64,000 nt of DNA from Octopus bimaculoides. Lineage: Eukaryota. Both the position numbers and the translations under genes were made by a program. Each line of letters begins with the position of its first letter. Positions within the stretch are counted from its first letter, which is position 1. The notes under the pieces are model-generated. The model was not told the DNA's origin. It saw only the letters and a list, made by a program, of their open reading frames with translations, and searched no databases. Positions 25,281 to 38,565 of the stretch are shown piece by piece. The stretch is from positions 26,245,083 through 26,309,082 of the forward strand of contig NC_068983.1 of NCBI RefSeq assembly GCF_001194135.2, read 5' to 3'.

Positions 25281-28261
25281 ATTTTAATATATTGTATAGA
25301 TGAAATTTTTGACGCTGAATCCGAATTTGTTATTCCTTTATTCCAGAAAAAACTTTGCAAAAATATTACAGGTGTTCAAAATTTGATAATTTTCAGAATT
25401 TTCAGCCAATCAGTGAGCAGCGCGTTCCCTGCCTCTTCCGTCATCAGGGTCTGAGGTATCGACATGTCAGAACATTAAACAAACGAATAGGAATTTCTAG
25501 AACTAACAGTCAAAACATTGTTTAAAACAGCGATTTATTAGTTTTAAAAATTCAAAAACGAAAGTTTGCATTACACTGTAGGATTTTATAAATAAATTAT
25601 CTTTCTCGTATCTCATTCTCCACATACATTCACAAAGACAAGTGTCAACCAGGGAACTCTTTGTTTGCATGCGTAGCATCTTTGTTTACTATGGAAACAG
25701 AATATAAAATGCTCGCTTTTGGTTACTATGGAAACAGATGTGTAAAATATTCGCTTCTGATCGGCTAAAATACCCCCAAAAAATGCATATTTCAAAGGCT
25801 AACTTTTTAACTATGGAGTTATAGGGGAAATGAATGTCATTTCCATAATTAGTATACAAAACATAATCCATATACCAAATTTGAAAACGATTGGAGCAAA
25901 ATTGTAAACAGTGAGAAAACTACAAAGATCCATGTCCTTTAAAAAACAAATGTCACTTGATATATTTGAATGTTCAAGAGACGCAACATACACATATATT
26001 ATATTCATAGGTATAGAAATATACTATTATGAAATATTGCACACTAAATTAGATTGATATGCTTCAAGGTAGAACAGGTATATCTAAGCTGTTTCAGCAG
26101 AAATGAAACTGAGCCAACACATTTTATTAGTAGCCGCATATAAGTTTAAACGTTTCTCAGATAGCTGTTTGTCCATAGTTATTGTATTCATTTTATTTAT
26201 TTTTTCTTATAAACAACCGTAATTTCAGACTAAAAATGCCATACGTAGTGCTTCTTCTACGATGATTAATCAAAGAAATATGTATAATAAATATGAAAAC
26301 TATTTTTCACTGATTTAATGAAAAGAATCCATGGGCTTTCAGGTATATTTTACGCATATTAATCGTTTAATACTCTAGATCAAATATATGCAATGCCGAC
26401 ATAAATTTTGCCGACTTAAAAACAGAAGAATTGACTGAGATAAAAAATGAGTAACCGACGGTCATCGGAAGATGTATGAAGCAATGATATCATTTCTTAA
26501 ACTTAAACTTATTAAAAATCATTTCTATACTATAACGTCGTTAGTATTTTAGTCTCTGTCCGTGTGTCAACACATTTTCACAGATGTGTATTTCCACGCA
26601 TTAAAAAAAAAAATAAGCCACCGTTTTATTCATTAAAGGAAGTTTAACAATTAACTTGTCAATTAAGTAATTATGTTGCGATGATTCTATTTGCATAGAG
26701 ACATGCTAAATTAATGGAAAAACTAAAAGCAAAATGCGTGACATTATTTGAAGTTTTTTTTTTTTCTTTTAACATGAACAGCAAGCAAAAATAAAGAAAC
26801 ACCCCAAGAAATCATTATGCAACCGACAGAAACAAATCAAAAATCATGTCGATCCCAAGGATACATTTTCAGACAATTTCATGTATGGTCCGAAAAGAAG
26901 AAACAAGAAGTGTATGCGATATTGCATTGAGTAGAGAAAAATTTTAAAGGTAATCAAATGAATCAATTTTTCAGCCTCACAATTCCATATGGCTTTCATC
27001 ACTCGATGCATTTGAATACTGATGCTGTCTTCTTTAAACCATAATATCAGGAATTCATTATGTTGAAAAATACTTTGTCTTGGAATCTTTCAAGGAATAT
27101 GCGAGATGTATTCCTATTTTTATTTAGTCTTGCATTATACTTGTCTTTTACTTATATTTTCCTGTTGTTCAAACAGGATGTTGCAATATTCATTGCATAA
27201 CATTTGAGGCGTATCTCATTAAGCACCTCGTTCTGAAGGCCTCGTTTTCATCAAGATGGTGGGTAGTAAAAAAATCCGGAACTACAGATCAGAAACAGAA
27301 CCAGGACCTATATGATAATTCCGATAGACTAAATATATTGCAAGTAAAAAAATGAATAAAAAAAAGCAGGTACGTTATCGAGCAATTAATGAAAATATGG
27401 TACGGAAAATTCACATGGGTTGGGGGAAAATTTAACTCATTATACTAGAATAAATACTGTAAAAGTTTGCATCAGCTTCTCAAATCATTCTGGCAATTCG
27501 CCGAGAAGTTATATAGCAAAACAAGTTATTCTGACGAAACTAGTGCTAGTGTCTATTGGAATAGGATTGAGGTTATATATATATATAACTTTACACATAT
27601 ATATGTATATGTATAATAATTTTCCAGAGGATGTAGCAACCGTTACCAATATAGCAGAAGAACTTAGCTTAGGGGATCATTAACTAGATTCCTTAAGGGT
27701 CGTTTTCACAGTTTATATTTATATCATAAGGTTTTTAACTTTTAAATTTTCATATTCAAAAGAGACAGAGACTTCAAACTCAATATATCGATTTATTCAC
27801 CACTCTATATTAACATTTCTGTGCCAAACTTATCCAGTGACTGGTCCATTGGATTTTGACATTTGGCACTTCTTCAGGAGTGGTTACCATCCGAACAAAA
27901 CACGAAAAAACACGTACATAAGGATCATTAAATTCTTAAAATCCTGTTAGATTTCATCTTTGTTATTATAGGGGAGAAAACTCCTTAATTTTCTATTTTT
28001 ATTGCTCTCCTGTGAATTTCCACTACATTAATTAATTAATTTGTTTATTTATTTTTACTATACTATATTACCCGTTCCTTTNNNNNNNNNNNNNNNNNNN
28101 NNNNNNNNNNNNNNNNNNNNNNNNNNNNNNNNNNNNNNNNNNNNNNNNNNNNNNNNNNNNNNNNNNNNNNNNNNNNNNNNNNNNNNNCACACATACATAC
28201 AAATACAACACACATACATATACATACACATATATATACATGTGCATATACATACATATAC

Positions 28262-28307
<46 letters not shown>

Positions 28308-28335
28308 TTACACACACACACAGAGATATATATAT

Positions 28336-28339
<4 letters not shown>

Positions 28340-28383
<44 letters not shown>
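28340..28383. repeat. (GA)n microsatellite
   Basis: Direct reading. Confidence 0.97.
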
Positions 28384-28385
<2 letters not shown>

Positions 28386-29204
28386 AATGATAGATATACA
28401 CACACTTATATAAGCACATCTACATATACAAATACACATGTATACAATAGTGTATGTGTTTGTATGTGTGTATGTGTGTGTGAGTTAATGTACCTGTGTG
28501 TACATATGTTCGATCATTATCGGTCAGTATCTCTAGCCTTTGCTCAACTTTCGACGACTATGTCGTTGTCTTTTTCTCTTTATTTTCATCGTTGTACTGG
28601 CATTTACCGCACCTCACAAACACCTGTTAGACCTTCATCTTCCTAAGTTTGCACTTTACCGCTTTATTCGGTACTTTAAATAGAAGAGAAAAAAATTGTA
28701 AGCCTCTTTGATCCCAATTTATTTAGCCTGTAATACAAGCTGACATTTTATCGCCATTCGACAAATTAATACGCATTACAGAATCTTTTCAGGGAATAAC
28801 AATTAATACTTAACATTGTCAACATTAATCATTATAATTCCTAATTTAATGTTTGCCGTTGTTTAAAACGGGAATGATTAGCACCAAGCAGTTATTGTAC
28901 ATTCGTTATTACAGCGAATTATTAATCGTTATAGTGGGAGAAATCGGCTGGAAAGTAGATTAATGACTTTGGACGAAACCAGCAATATGAGATTAAATTG
29001 AGGAAATGGTAAGAGATAAAAACGTACACCTTGTTTTGCCATGACGAAACAAGAAAACACTCCGTGGTTTCATAAGTATGCGTGTACACACACTCACTCT
29101 TGCACAAACATGTATGTATATATGTATGCATGTAGGTAGGTTTATGCAAATATATACATTCACACACACACATACACACACAAACACACGTAGAAACATT
29201 AACT

Positions 29205-29555
29205 TTTATCAGTTACTTGTTTAAGTCAGTGGACTGCGGCCATGTTGCTGCATCACCATCAATGGATTATAAGAAGAAATCGTCCCATCGGTTATGTTTA
29301 AAACCTGGTAATTATGATATCGATCACTTTTAACGAACCTCTAGGTAATGGGAGTGTAAACAAACGAACACAGTTTGTTAAGCGGTTGTGAGCGGCTAAT
29401 ACTTGTGTATAGACACGCAAACACATATAAATATTAGATGGGCTTTTTTCAAGAACTGTCTACCATATCCATTTGGAAGACTTTGGTCGACCCGATGCTG
29501 TTATAGAAGACATTCAAGGTGCCACGCAGTAGGACTAAACGGGGAAGAATATGGT
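29205..29555 (-). mobile_element. SINE family A, decayed
   Basis: Forward reads ttacttgttt.agtca..ggactgcggccatg...aaggtgccacgcagt.ggact, the reverse of family A. Confidence 0.75.
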
Positions 29556-29990
29556 AAGGCGTTTGCTTCCCAATTACATCGATTTCAGCACTGTCTTATT
29601 GCGTAGTACCTTGAATAACTCTTTTCTACTATAGCCCCGGGTTCGACAAATATTTACGAGTGGATTTGGTGGACTGAAATTGAAAGAAGCGTGCCGTAGA
29701 TATGTGCGCGTGTCTGTGTGTGCATTGATGCGCATGTTACTGTGTCTTTCCCTCGAAATCATGCGATTGTTGTAAGCAGGCTTCACCGTCATGCAAGCAA
29801 TGTCCTTCGATTCCCATCTGCCCACACATGCCTGGTGATGAAAGGGAGAATATGGCTTTACTTCCAAGTAGGTTAGAATTTCCAACAGAAAGGACATCCG
29901 ACTATAGAAAATGCGACTAAAATAATTCCGGCCGTCCCATACAAGCAAGGGATAGGTGGGCTTTAATGACCAGGACAACGACCAAGAAGA
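29552..29990 (+). mobile_element. SINE family A variant, decayed, head-to-head with the previous copy
   Basis: ttgcttcccaa...tctactatagccccggg...gagtggatttggtggactgaaattgaaagaagc. Confidence 0.7.
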
Positions 29991-30064
29991 TAATGCACAC
30001 AAAACCACATGTATATGTACATACATATATACATACATACATACATACATAAATATATATCAAC

Positions 30065-31015
30065 TCGAAGCAACAAGTCAGGTATTTGGCGTGGGAGATT
30101 ATTAATCGAAAATACGAAGAATAATATATCCATCTTTGGAGCCACAACAATCACCTTTGTTAACTAACTGGTTAATCTTCAGGTGAATTAACAGAGGTCG
30201 CCTTTTATTCACTATCTTAGTGATTTTCGACAGACACTTGAATTTAACATGCGGAGAGTTACTACAAACAACATGGCAGGAAACAACAACATACGAGAAC
30301 GGAATTTTGTCAGTGAACAGGTCGCGGTCTCAAAGCAACGAAAATATTTTGGCAAATTAAATTTAAATGTTGAAGTGAATCTAACGGTTTTTGTGTGTTT
30401 CTTAAATGGCTTATAAGCACCTTCCACACTGAAATTGTTTGTTTATTTTGTTTTTTTTACGTTATCTTCCTTTACCTCCTCCTCCTATCTCTTACATTCT
30501 CTGTTCTCTTTGTAAACTATATTCTTAGACACTATATTTTTATATATCTTACATTATCCTTAACGTCAATCCTTAACTTCCTCCCACACTCTATCTACCT
30601 CTCTTTCTCATTACTTACTTTTCTTTGTTTTTACCATTTAATTGCAGCCTCCGCTACCATTCTCTTATTGAACGTTGATATGTTCGCGTCTTTTTCTGGA
30701 TACTTACAATATAAGGACTTTAACCAACATGGATGTACGTAGGATTGCGTAAATCCTTGTAGGTTCTTCTTTTTTCTTCTCTTTATTGATGTCCTGATAG
30801 CTTTACTCCTGTCTTCTATGTCGGCATTTCATTAATCTATACCCTTCTCATTTTCCCTATTTGTCTCCGATGATGCAGTACCCCATACTCTGGGATATCC
30901 CAGAAACAGCTGTAAGACTTTGGATTTTTTCCAAAAATAATAATGTATATGACTTGAGATTTCACCTTGCCATAGCGTTTGTTGTCCCCTTTAAGAATTA
31001 TAAATATATATATAT
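30065..31015 (+). mobile_element. Second PLE relic (decayed endonuclease C-terminus plus 3' region)
   Basis: SKQQVRYLAWEIINR...LTEV resembles PLE ..W.II....C.LCLTE; the 3' region is homologous to 19.85-19.92 kb. Confidence 0.55.
30863..30918 (+). ncRNA. Minimal type I hammerhead-like motif (U4 to C)
   Basis: gtct-CCGATGA-[imperfect 12-bp stem II]-GAAACAGCTGTA-agac. Palindromic stem III ACAGCTGT, GUA triplet, stem I gtct/agac. Confidence 0.55.
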
Positions 31016-31019
31016 ATAG

Positions 31020-31600
31020 GGAGAATTCAGGAAAAAACAACAGACGTAGACAGGTGGTGTAGACAACAAATGGATGTATTAGTATAATGCTCCGAAATTG
31101 AGAAAGTCTTTAATGTTTCGAGCCTACGCTCTTCAACAGAAAGGAACAAAGAAAGAAAGAAGGAGAAAAACAAGGAGAGAGAACAGAGAAAAAGGACAGA
31201 AAACAAATGTGTAGTGGTCAGCGATTTATCATGGGGAATGCCGGACAGAAGTGTCAGACAGCAGAGTTAAGAAGAAGGGGAGATAACACAGTAGTAGTGA
31301 TCCCAGAACGAAGATGAGTGAGTGTGAGAGAATGCTGGTGATCATAATGTATGCATGTATGTATGTAGGGGTGAAGGTGTGAAAATGTGGGGATGGGAAT
31401 TGGTCAGTGCTGGTGTGTGCGTAGTGGTGTGTTGTGCTGTGATGTGTTGTGTGATATGATTTAGCGCGGTGTGATGTGATGGTGTTGGGAGGTGGGGAGG
31501 CCAGAGTGTGGGAAAGCACGGGTGGGGTGTGGGGGTAGAGGTAGGGGTATGTGAGTATGTGGGGTAGGTGGGGTGCATATATATGTATATACATACATAT
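31020..31600 (-). mobile_element. Non-coding PLE-LTR-like repeat with variant hammerhead motif
   Basis: 31040-31145 is an inverted homologue of 32105-32225; C-rich region on the minus strand like 19.3-19.5 kb. Confidence 0.5.
31108..31143 (-). ncRNA. Variant minimal hammerhead-like motif (CUGUUGA core)
   Basis: Minus strand: cttt-CTGTTGA-a-gagc[gtag]gctc-GAAACatt-aaag. Confidence 0.5.
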
Positions 31601-31636
31601 ATATNNNNNNNNNNNNNNNNNNNNNNNNNNNNNNNN

Positions 31637-31677
<41 letters not shown>

Positions 31678-32104
31678 GCACGTGTATGGATGTGTTTGTA
31701 TAAATACTAATTAAGCTGAAGATGATAAATAAATATATATTTAAATAAATAGACGTAAATGACGAACGCATGCACAGATACGTACGTATAATGTATACTG
31801 TGAAGAAAATTAATGGAATTAAAGTATTTATTGGAGATATGTCTCTACACTTAGATTGATTCATTAATTCTGTTAGCGTTTTTCAGTTTTTAGATTTTGC
31901 AAACCGTTTAAGTTTCCACTCACTTTAAGCGTAGGTAGGTTACGAATGGGTCTTCACATACATGCTTGTGTATATATATGCATGCACGTAGGTACTGATC
32001 AAGCACAGTCACTTCTATGCTTGTACACATATGCACACCCATACAAATATGTATATCGCTAAATACACAAGTTATTTAATGTCTCTCTGCTTGTTTTCAC
32101 TTAT

Positions 32105-32225
32105 TCATTTCTGTTAAGGAGCCTAGCCTCTAAATGTAAAAGACTTTCTTACTTTCCCGAGCGTCCAATTAATACACCTGCTTGTTGTTCACACATGTTT
32201 TCGTCTTTTGCTTTCATCAAATTTC
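32105..32225 (+). mobile_element. Decayed second copy of the variant-HHR repeat
   Basis: attt-ctgttaa-ggagcctagcctc-taaatgta-aaagactttct.a.tt.c.gagc aligns to the reverse complement of 31040-31143. Confidence 0.55.
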
Positions 32226-32794
32226 AAGTCCATATATATATATATATATATATATANNNNNNNNNNNNNNNNNNNNNNNNNNNNNNNNNNNNNNNNNNNN
32301 NNNNNNNNNNNNNNNNNNNNNNNNNNNNNNNNNNNNNNNNNNNNNNNNNNNNNNNNNNNNNNNNNNNNNNNNNNNNNNNNNNNNNNNNNNNNNNNNNNNN
32401 NNNNNNNNNNNNNNNNNNNNNNNNNNNNNNNNNNNNNNNNNNNNNNNNNNNNNNNNNNNNNNNNNNNNNNNNNNNNNNNNNNNNNNNNNNNNNNNNNNNN
32501 NNNNNNNNNNNNNNNNNNNNNNNNNNNNNNNNNNNNNNNNNNNNNNNNNNNNNNNNNNNNNNNNNNNNNNNNNNNNNNNNNNNNNNNNNNNNNNNNNNNN
32601 NNNNNNNNNNNNNNNNNNNNNNNNNNNNNNNNNNNNNNNNNNNNNNNNNNNNNNNNNNNNNNNNNNNNNNNNNNNNNNNNNNNNNNNNNNNNNNTTATTC
32701 TCGATAAAGCATAAAAAATTGGACACTACATGTTCAGTTTAATGTAAAATTGTTTTTTTCTATAACACCTCCCAAAAAAGACGCACACACACGC

Positions 32795-32846
<52 letters not shown>

Positions 32847-33622
32847 ACAAACCCGAACACAGCTAACACTCTCACACGCTCATATGTATATATATATACG
32901 TTTTGTATATTATGTCTAATCTTCTTCTAAAACGAAACCAAATTTCTATATAACAGAAAGGCGACAACCTGGCGTCGAGTGCTTACGAATTTTGTTCTCT
33001 GTATATTTGAACTTGATCTTCGGTTTAAGACTAACCTCATCACGCAACGTCACTAAGTTATTGATCTATGCTGGCTCCAATGCACGTATGTCTAAATTGC
33101 AGTTGACAAGCTATCGGAAGTTGAACAATCAAAAATTTTGATGGCAGCATTTTATGTAGAATTACGTTTCAAATTACGAAAATCTTAACGAAGACATTTC
33201 TATCATGGTAAAAGTCTTGTGGAGTGGATTCTGTAAACTATGTGTATTTTCAGTAGCCATACCAGTATTTCAAATTCAGATAAACGTCCAACAATTATGA
33301 TCCTTATTCTTGAAGATAATCCGTGACATCAGATTACTATCAGTTTGTGAAATTGCGTGCCAGTATCTAACGAAAGTGTGGATGTTTGTCTTTAAAATTT
33401 CAAACAAGTAATCATTCTTAAAATATCGTGCGACAAGACTCAAAACGAAAGATGCAAATAACAAATGTTGCTGCCATATTTATAAACAAATAGGGAACCT
33501 AATCACTTGTTTAAAAACAGTTTCGTTGTATGTTTGATGATGATTAAGTCATGACAGATGATGAAATGAAGCATTTGGCAAACGTTTCCCACTGCCATGA
33601 AATACATGCACATATGTATGCG

Positions 33623-33656
<34 letters not shown>

Positions 33657-33662
33657 CATATA

Positions 33663-33712
<50 letters not shown>

Positions 33713-35404
33713 TATGTGTGTGTGTCTGTGTGTCTGTGTAAAAATGGATGCGTACAGGGTTAGAAACATTATGAAAGAAAGTTGATTTATTAAAAGGATG
33801 TCTTTTATCAGATTGCTACGAGTGGCCACACAAATAAGCAACAATTTCACGGGAACGTACTGAGGAATTCGGGTAATGTAGTGCAAATAGAGAAGCATGG
33901 TATGGTAAAATCCAATAATAATTCATTGGCTCATAAGTCGATCTATAACTTTGACTTTATGGCAATGTACGAGATATCTTTCTTTTTTCAGCCTCCATGG
34001 GTGGGGCATTTGGTGTTTATCAAATTTGAACTCTACTCATAATTTCAATCCACCCGAATGATTGCCTGTTTCAAATGATATGAGAGATCGAAGAAAATTC
34101 ACTGCAATAATTGAAAATTAATCATGAAAATGTGTTCCAAAATTCATTACGAATTGAAGGAAACGTGGCAACGTGGTAAGCAGTGTACTGCTAGTGCAGG
34201 GAATAACTGTACAAAAGAGAAGAGAAGTTATACATCAAATTGTACAGAAAACAATTTGTTACTTTTATTGAAAAGTACAGCTTACTCCTTTGTGATTGTA
34301 CTTGTCTTTGTATCTATATACATATATATTATATTTAGCACATAGATCTTATTCAGAGACAGAATGAAAGTGCCGGAAAATTGAGAAGTGAAAAAAGAGA
34401 AAGGGGATAAAAAATGTAGAGTGCCAAGGAAGAAAATGTCACGACGGGGAAACGGTTCCATCTCTGTTTTTAAGCGGACGTACGGTCAAATAAGCAGGCA
34501 AACAAATACAACTGGAAACAATACCTCTGCCTTTGCTAAGGCGGAGGTAATTATGATCCACCAGAAACTGTGTGTTTGCAATTCACCAGATAGCACTGCT
34601 GGATCACGTTCAGATTCCTCTTTTTTCTTGCCTTTCATAATTTGCATTCCTTCTTTACCGAGTAGCTCATACGTGCAAGGCAATACAAATTATAATGAGT
34701 CTAGTACGAAATCCATCTCCTACTATCAATTAATACTATCACCCTAACTGTCACAGCGAAGTTCCTGAAGTAGAATCAACGGAAGCGTACCACAACTATG
34801 GTATAAAATTAATTAATTAATAAATATAGATCAAAACTAAACTACCATTCTGTCCTTTTATTGTATTGTAGGTTTCTGTTTTTTTTGTCTAAGGACATGG
34901 ACTAGAAGTAGCTTTTAGCATTACGTTCTTCCACTGCTTCCTTCAAATGACCACTTGTCATCACTTCCAGCATGATATCTGCTCGCCTGGCGGTCCACTC
35001 ATTGTTTCTCATTATGAAAGAACCCTCTTAAAAGTCAATAAGATTCTTAACTGATATGAAGATAGTTATTTGCCTTTAACCAATCATACATACTGATGTC
35101 TATTCACTTGGTTTATACAAAGAAATACTTATATCTAAGTATACATACACATACACATACCAAAATGGATATATATGTATATATACAATTGTGTATCTAT
35201 CCGATCTCATCCACAGTGTGTTAACGTAATTAGTTATTGTACTACAGGCAGTTAATATAATATCAATCTCAAGTCGAGATAAATCAGAGTTGTGTTTGAC
35301 GAATATAGGTGCTTATTGGTTTGATAGTTGAATAGTAATTAAAGATATCTAGTTGTACAAACTTACTACATTTTTTTCCAGGCTGTTGAACCAACTAATA
35401 ACAT

Positions 35405-35701
35405 CTAGTGTATCCAACCATAGCGTAATCTAATTAAAGATCTTAGAGTAGGTAAAGTTCTATCTATAATTGTCTTATCGATTCGACCAACGATAGATTT
35501 AGATGGCCATATCAGTCTAGTCGTTGGATCATTGTGAGACTTAATTTTATGGTACTTAAGATGAATTCTCGGTTTTCTAGGTGTATATGGTTTTAATATT
35601 TTCCCTATACCTAATTCCGTAACTATTTCATGTGCCCTTTTATCTATGTAAGCTTGTGTTTCTCGTGTAGTATGTTTGATTATACTATTAAGTTCTGCCA
35701 T
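35405..35701 (-). mobile_element. Penelope-like element reverse transcriptase N-terminal fragment
   Basis: ORF ...PRIHLKYHKIKSHNDPTTRLIWPSKSIVGRIDKTIIDR...LRYGW resembles the PLE RT segment ITLKDHK..F.N.P..RLINP.KS.IG.I.K.ILD...W. Confidence 0.88.
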
Positions 35702-36787
35702 AGTAAGCTTTTATATATATATATTTAATGTTAACATTATGTAGATTTGCGATTTTCTTGAGACGCACATACACGCATACTTACACACACACACACACAT
35801 ATATAAAATCATCTCATGTCATATATCATATCAAGCAGCAAGAGTCCCGTAATCAGCTTCAACAACTTACAGTTGTTTCTGCTACGAGATGCAGTGCACT
35901 CAGAGATGAGAGATTGTGCAACATCCTGTAGCTTCCTTGGAATTATTAAATTGATGTGTGTTTGTGTTTTGTGAGTATATATATATATATAGACAGAGAG
36001 AGACAGAGAGAAAGTGAGACAGACAAATAGATATATTATATACACTTTGATGTATATGTGTGTACATGTATATATATTATGTATAATTATTATTTAAAAT
36101 TTATATTCTATTTAATTCAAAAATATAAATCAGTTACTGAAGAGTCTAAAGCTTAGTATCGAGGCTCCATCCAACTCAAGAAGAAATAGGAATATGTTTG
36201 ATATGAAAAAGAAAGATTTGTTGAAGCAATGCGTTGGAAATATAATAGACAAGTACGTCAATCAATCAACCAATCATCAATAGATCATTCAATCAGTATA
36301 TGAATATATGTATATGTGTATTTGTGTTTATATGTTTGTGGCGTATGTCACTGTTTGCTGATCACGAATAGTAATGAAAGCAATGATTTATTTTTACTTT
36401 GTTGTTTTGGGTGTACCTCTGAGTTTAACAAATCAGCTATCATTTCGAATTCGCGACTGATATAATAAGAAATAGATTTACATCGGTTTTCAAAATTTTA
36501 TTGAGTTACCAATTTTGGTTTTGTCGTTAGTGAAAAACTGATTTTGCACGTCATAACTGTAAAAAATCTAGAATGATTGATGTTTTTAAAAAAGAAAAAC
36601 AATACTTTCAATTTGTCTTCATGAAATAATAGATAAACTTTGGGTATAATTTTGGTTGTTATGTTCATAAAAAATATTTTCCAAATTCAGACAGGACTAA
36701 AACAGTCAATTTGTGAAATGAGATCAGAAATAGAGTTTGTTGTTTAATATATTATGAAGGTGAAACCAATATTAAGCATTGCATTTA

Positions 36788-37190
36788 AGGCTACGAGCTG
36801 GCAGAATGATTAGCGGCTCTTCGTCCGACTTTAAGCTTTGAGTTCAAATTCTGCCGAGGACGACTTTAGTCTCATCTTTTATTTGTCGATAAAATAAGTA
36901 CTAGTTGAACCCTAGCGTCGATGTAATCGACTAGCCTCTCTGCCCAAATCGCTGGATTTGTGTTAAAATCTGAAACCAATATTAGACATTGCTTAAGCGT
37001 CGAAATAATAAAATAGTTAGTACGCTGCGCAAATTGCTTAATGGAATTTCATCTGGATTTACGTTCGACTACGTGTTCTATGTCTCGGGATCAATTAAAT
37101 AAGTACCAGTTGAGCACTGGGATCAATGAAATCAACTAGCCCTCATCCGACCTAGTCGAAACATCTTATGCCTATTGTAGGAATAAATAT
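36788..37190 (+). mobile_element. Two tandem SINE family B copies
   Basis: gagctggcagaat...gagttcaaattctgccgagg...; second copy 37005-37190 with aagtaccagttgagcactgggatc. Confidence 0.75.
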
Positions 37191-38331
37191 TATCCGCTGT
37201 TGCAGATGGAAAACAGTTCAAGAATTAACAAGGCTGAAATACTTTTGCAATGATATATTAGGATGGATTCTATAAGTACATGGTATGTTTAACAGTGATT
37301 GTTTTACCATTTCTCCAAATATGAAAAATGAAGTAACACTTCCATTATCTAATTCTAACTTCCATAGGTTTTGCAACAATGGATAGCATTCATATATTCA
37401 AAGGATCATCACGAACAAATTACGAAACTAAAATTTGCTAAAATGTGAACTGATAATCGCCAAAGCAGAACAAAAAACCCAGACTACTTAAGCATCCTTT
37501 GCACGTAATAATCTCCTTCTAAATCAATGGGTGGTATCTTGAATTTGGTTGAATGCTGAAGTATTGCCTCGATCGTGTTTACTTAACAGCAGTTTTACTT
37601 CGCTGATAAACTCTGATAGATTTATATCGGTTACAGTTGACCGGACCTATATAAAAGCAGCAGAACTTCTAAGACGGTATTTGATGTACTGGAAATAGCA
37701 GTAATTAATAACTCAAAACACACAGAATGCACATTCGGCATATGCATGCAAGTATGTGTGTAAGTGTGCATGTATCTATCTATGTATATATATATATGAA
37801 TGTATATATACATGTATGTATATGTATATATATATATATATATATGTATATATGTGCATATACATGTATGTATATGTATATGTGTATATNNNNNNNNNNN
37901 NNNNNNNNNNNNNNNNNNNNNNNNNNNNNNNNNNNNNNNNNNNNNNNNNNNNNNNNNNNNNNNNNNNNNNNNNNNNNNNNNNNNATATATATATATATAT
38001 ATAAGTATGTATGTGTGTATGTATGTATATATATATATATAAACACACACAGATATATATACATACATACATACATACATACCTACATATAAACATTTAT
38101 GTATATGTTTAGCATAATTCCTGATGTGAAATCGAGTGTTGAAACAGATTTTGTTATATTTCGAGATGTTCAGTTTTTTTCTCACATAAACTCATGTACC
38201 ATATATTCGTTCTTCTATTCAACATTATTATAGTCATTTTAATGTCTATGGGACCTATTCAGTGACTCTCCATCTTACGTTTCACCTCCTCTTCTGTTTA
38301 GTTGCTCAAGAAGTTACAAGATGTGTATCTA

Positions 38332-38346
38332 TGTATCAGTCAATCA

Positions 38347-38408
<62 letters not shown>

Positions 38409-38533
38409 TTGTCTATCTATCTATCTGTTTGTCTATCTATCTATCTGTTTGTCTATCTGTCTGTCTATCTTCTATCACGATATATACATGTGTGTGTATG
38501 TGTGTGTGTGTGCGTGTGTGTCTGTGTGTGTGT

Positions 38534-38564
<31 letters not shown>

Positions 38565-38565
38565 G
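38332..38565. repeat. (TCTA)n followed by (TG)n
   Basis: Direct reading. Confidence 0.97.

Noticed and set aside
25438-25452. CTGATGA on the minus strand as a hammerhead core
   Set aside because: No stem II followed by GAAA, and no stem I partner.
34388-34747. 119-aa plus-strand ORF
   Set aside because: No recognisable motif or splice context; composition looks random.
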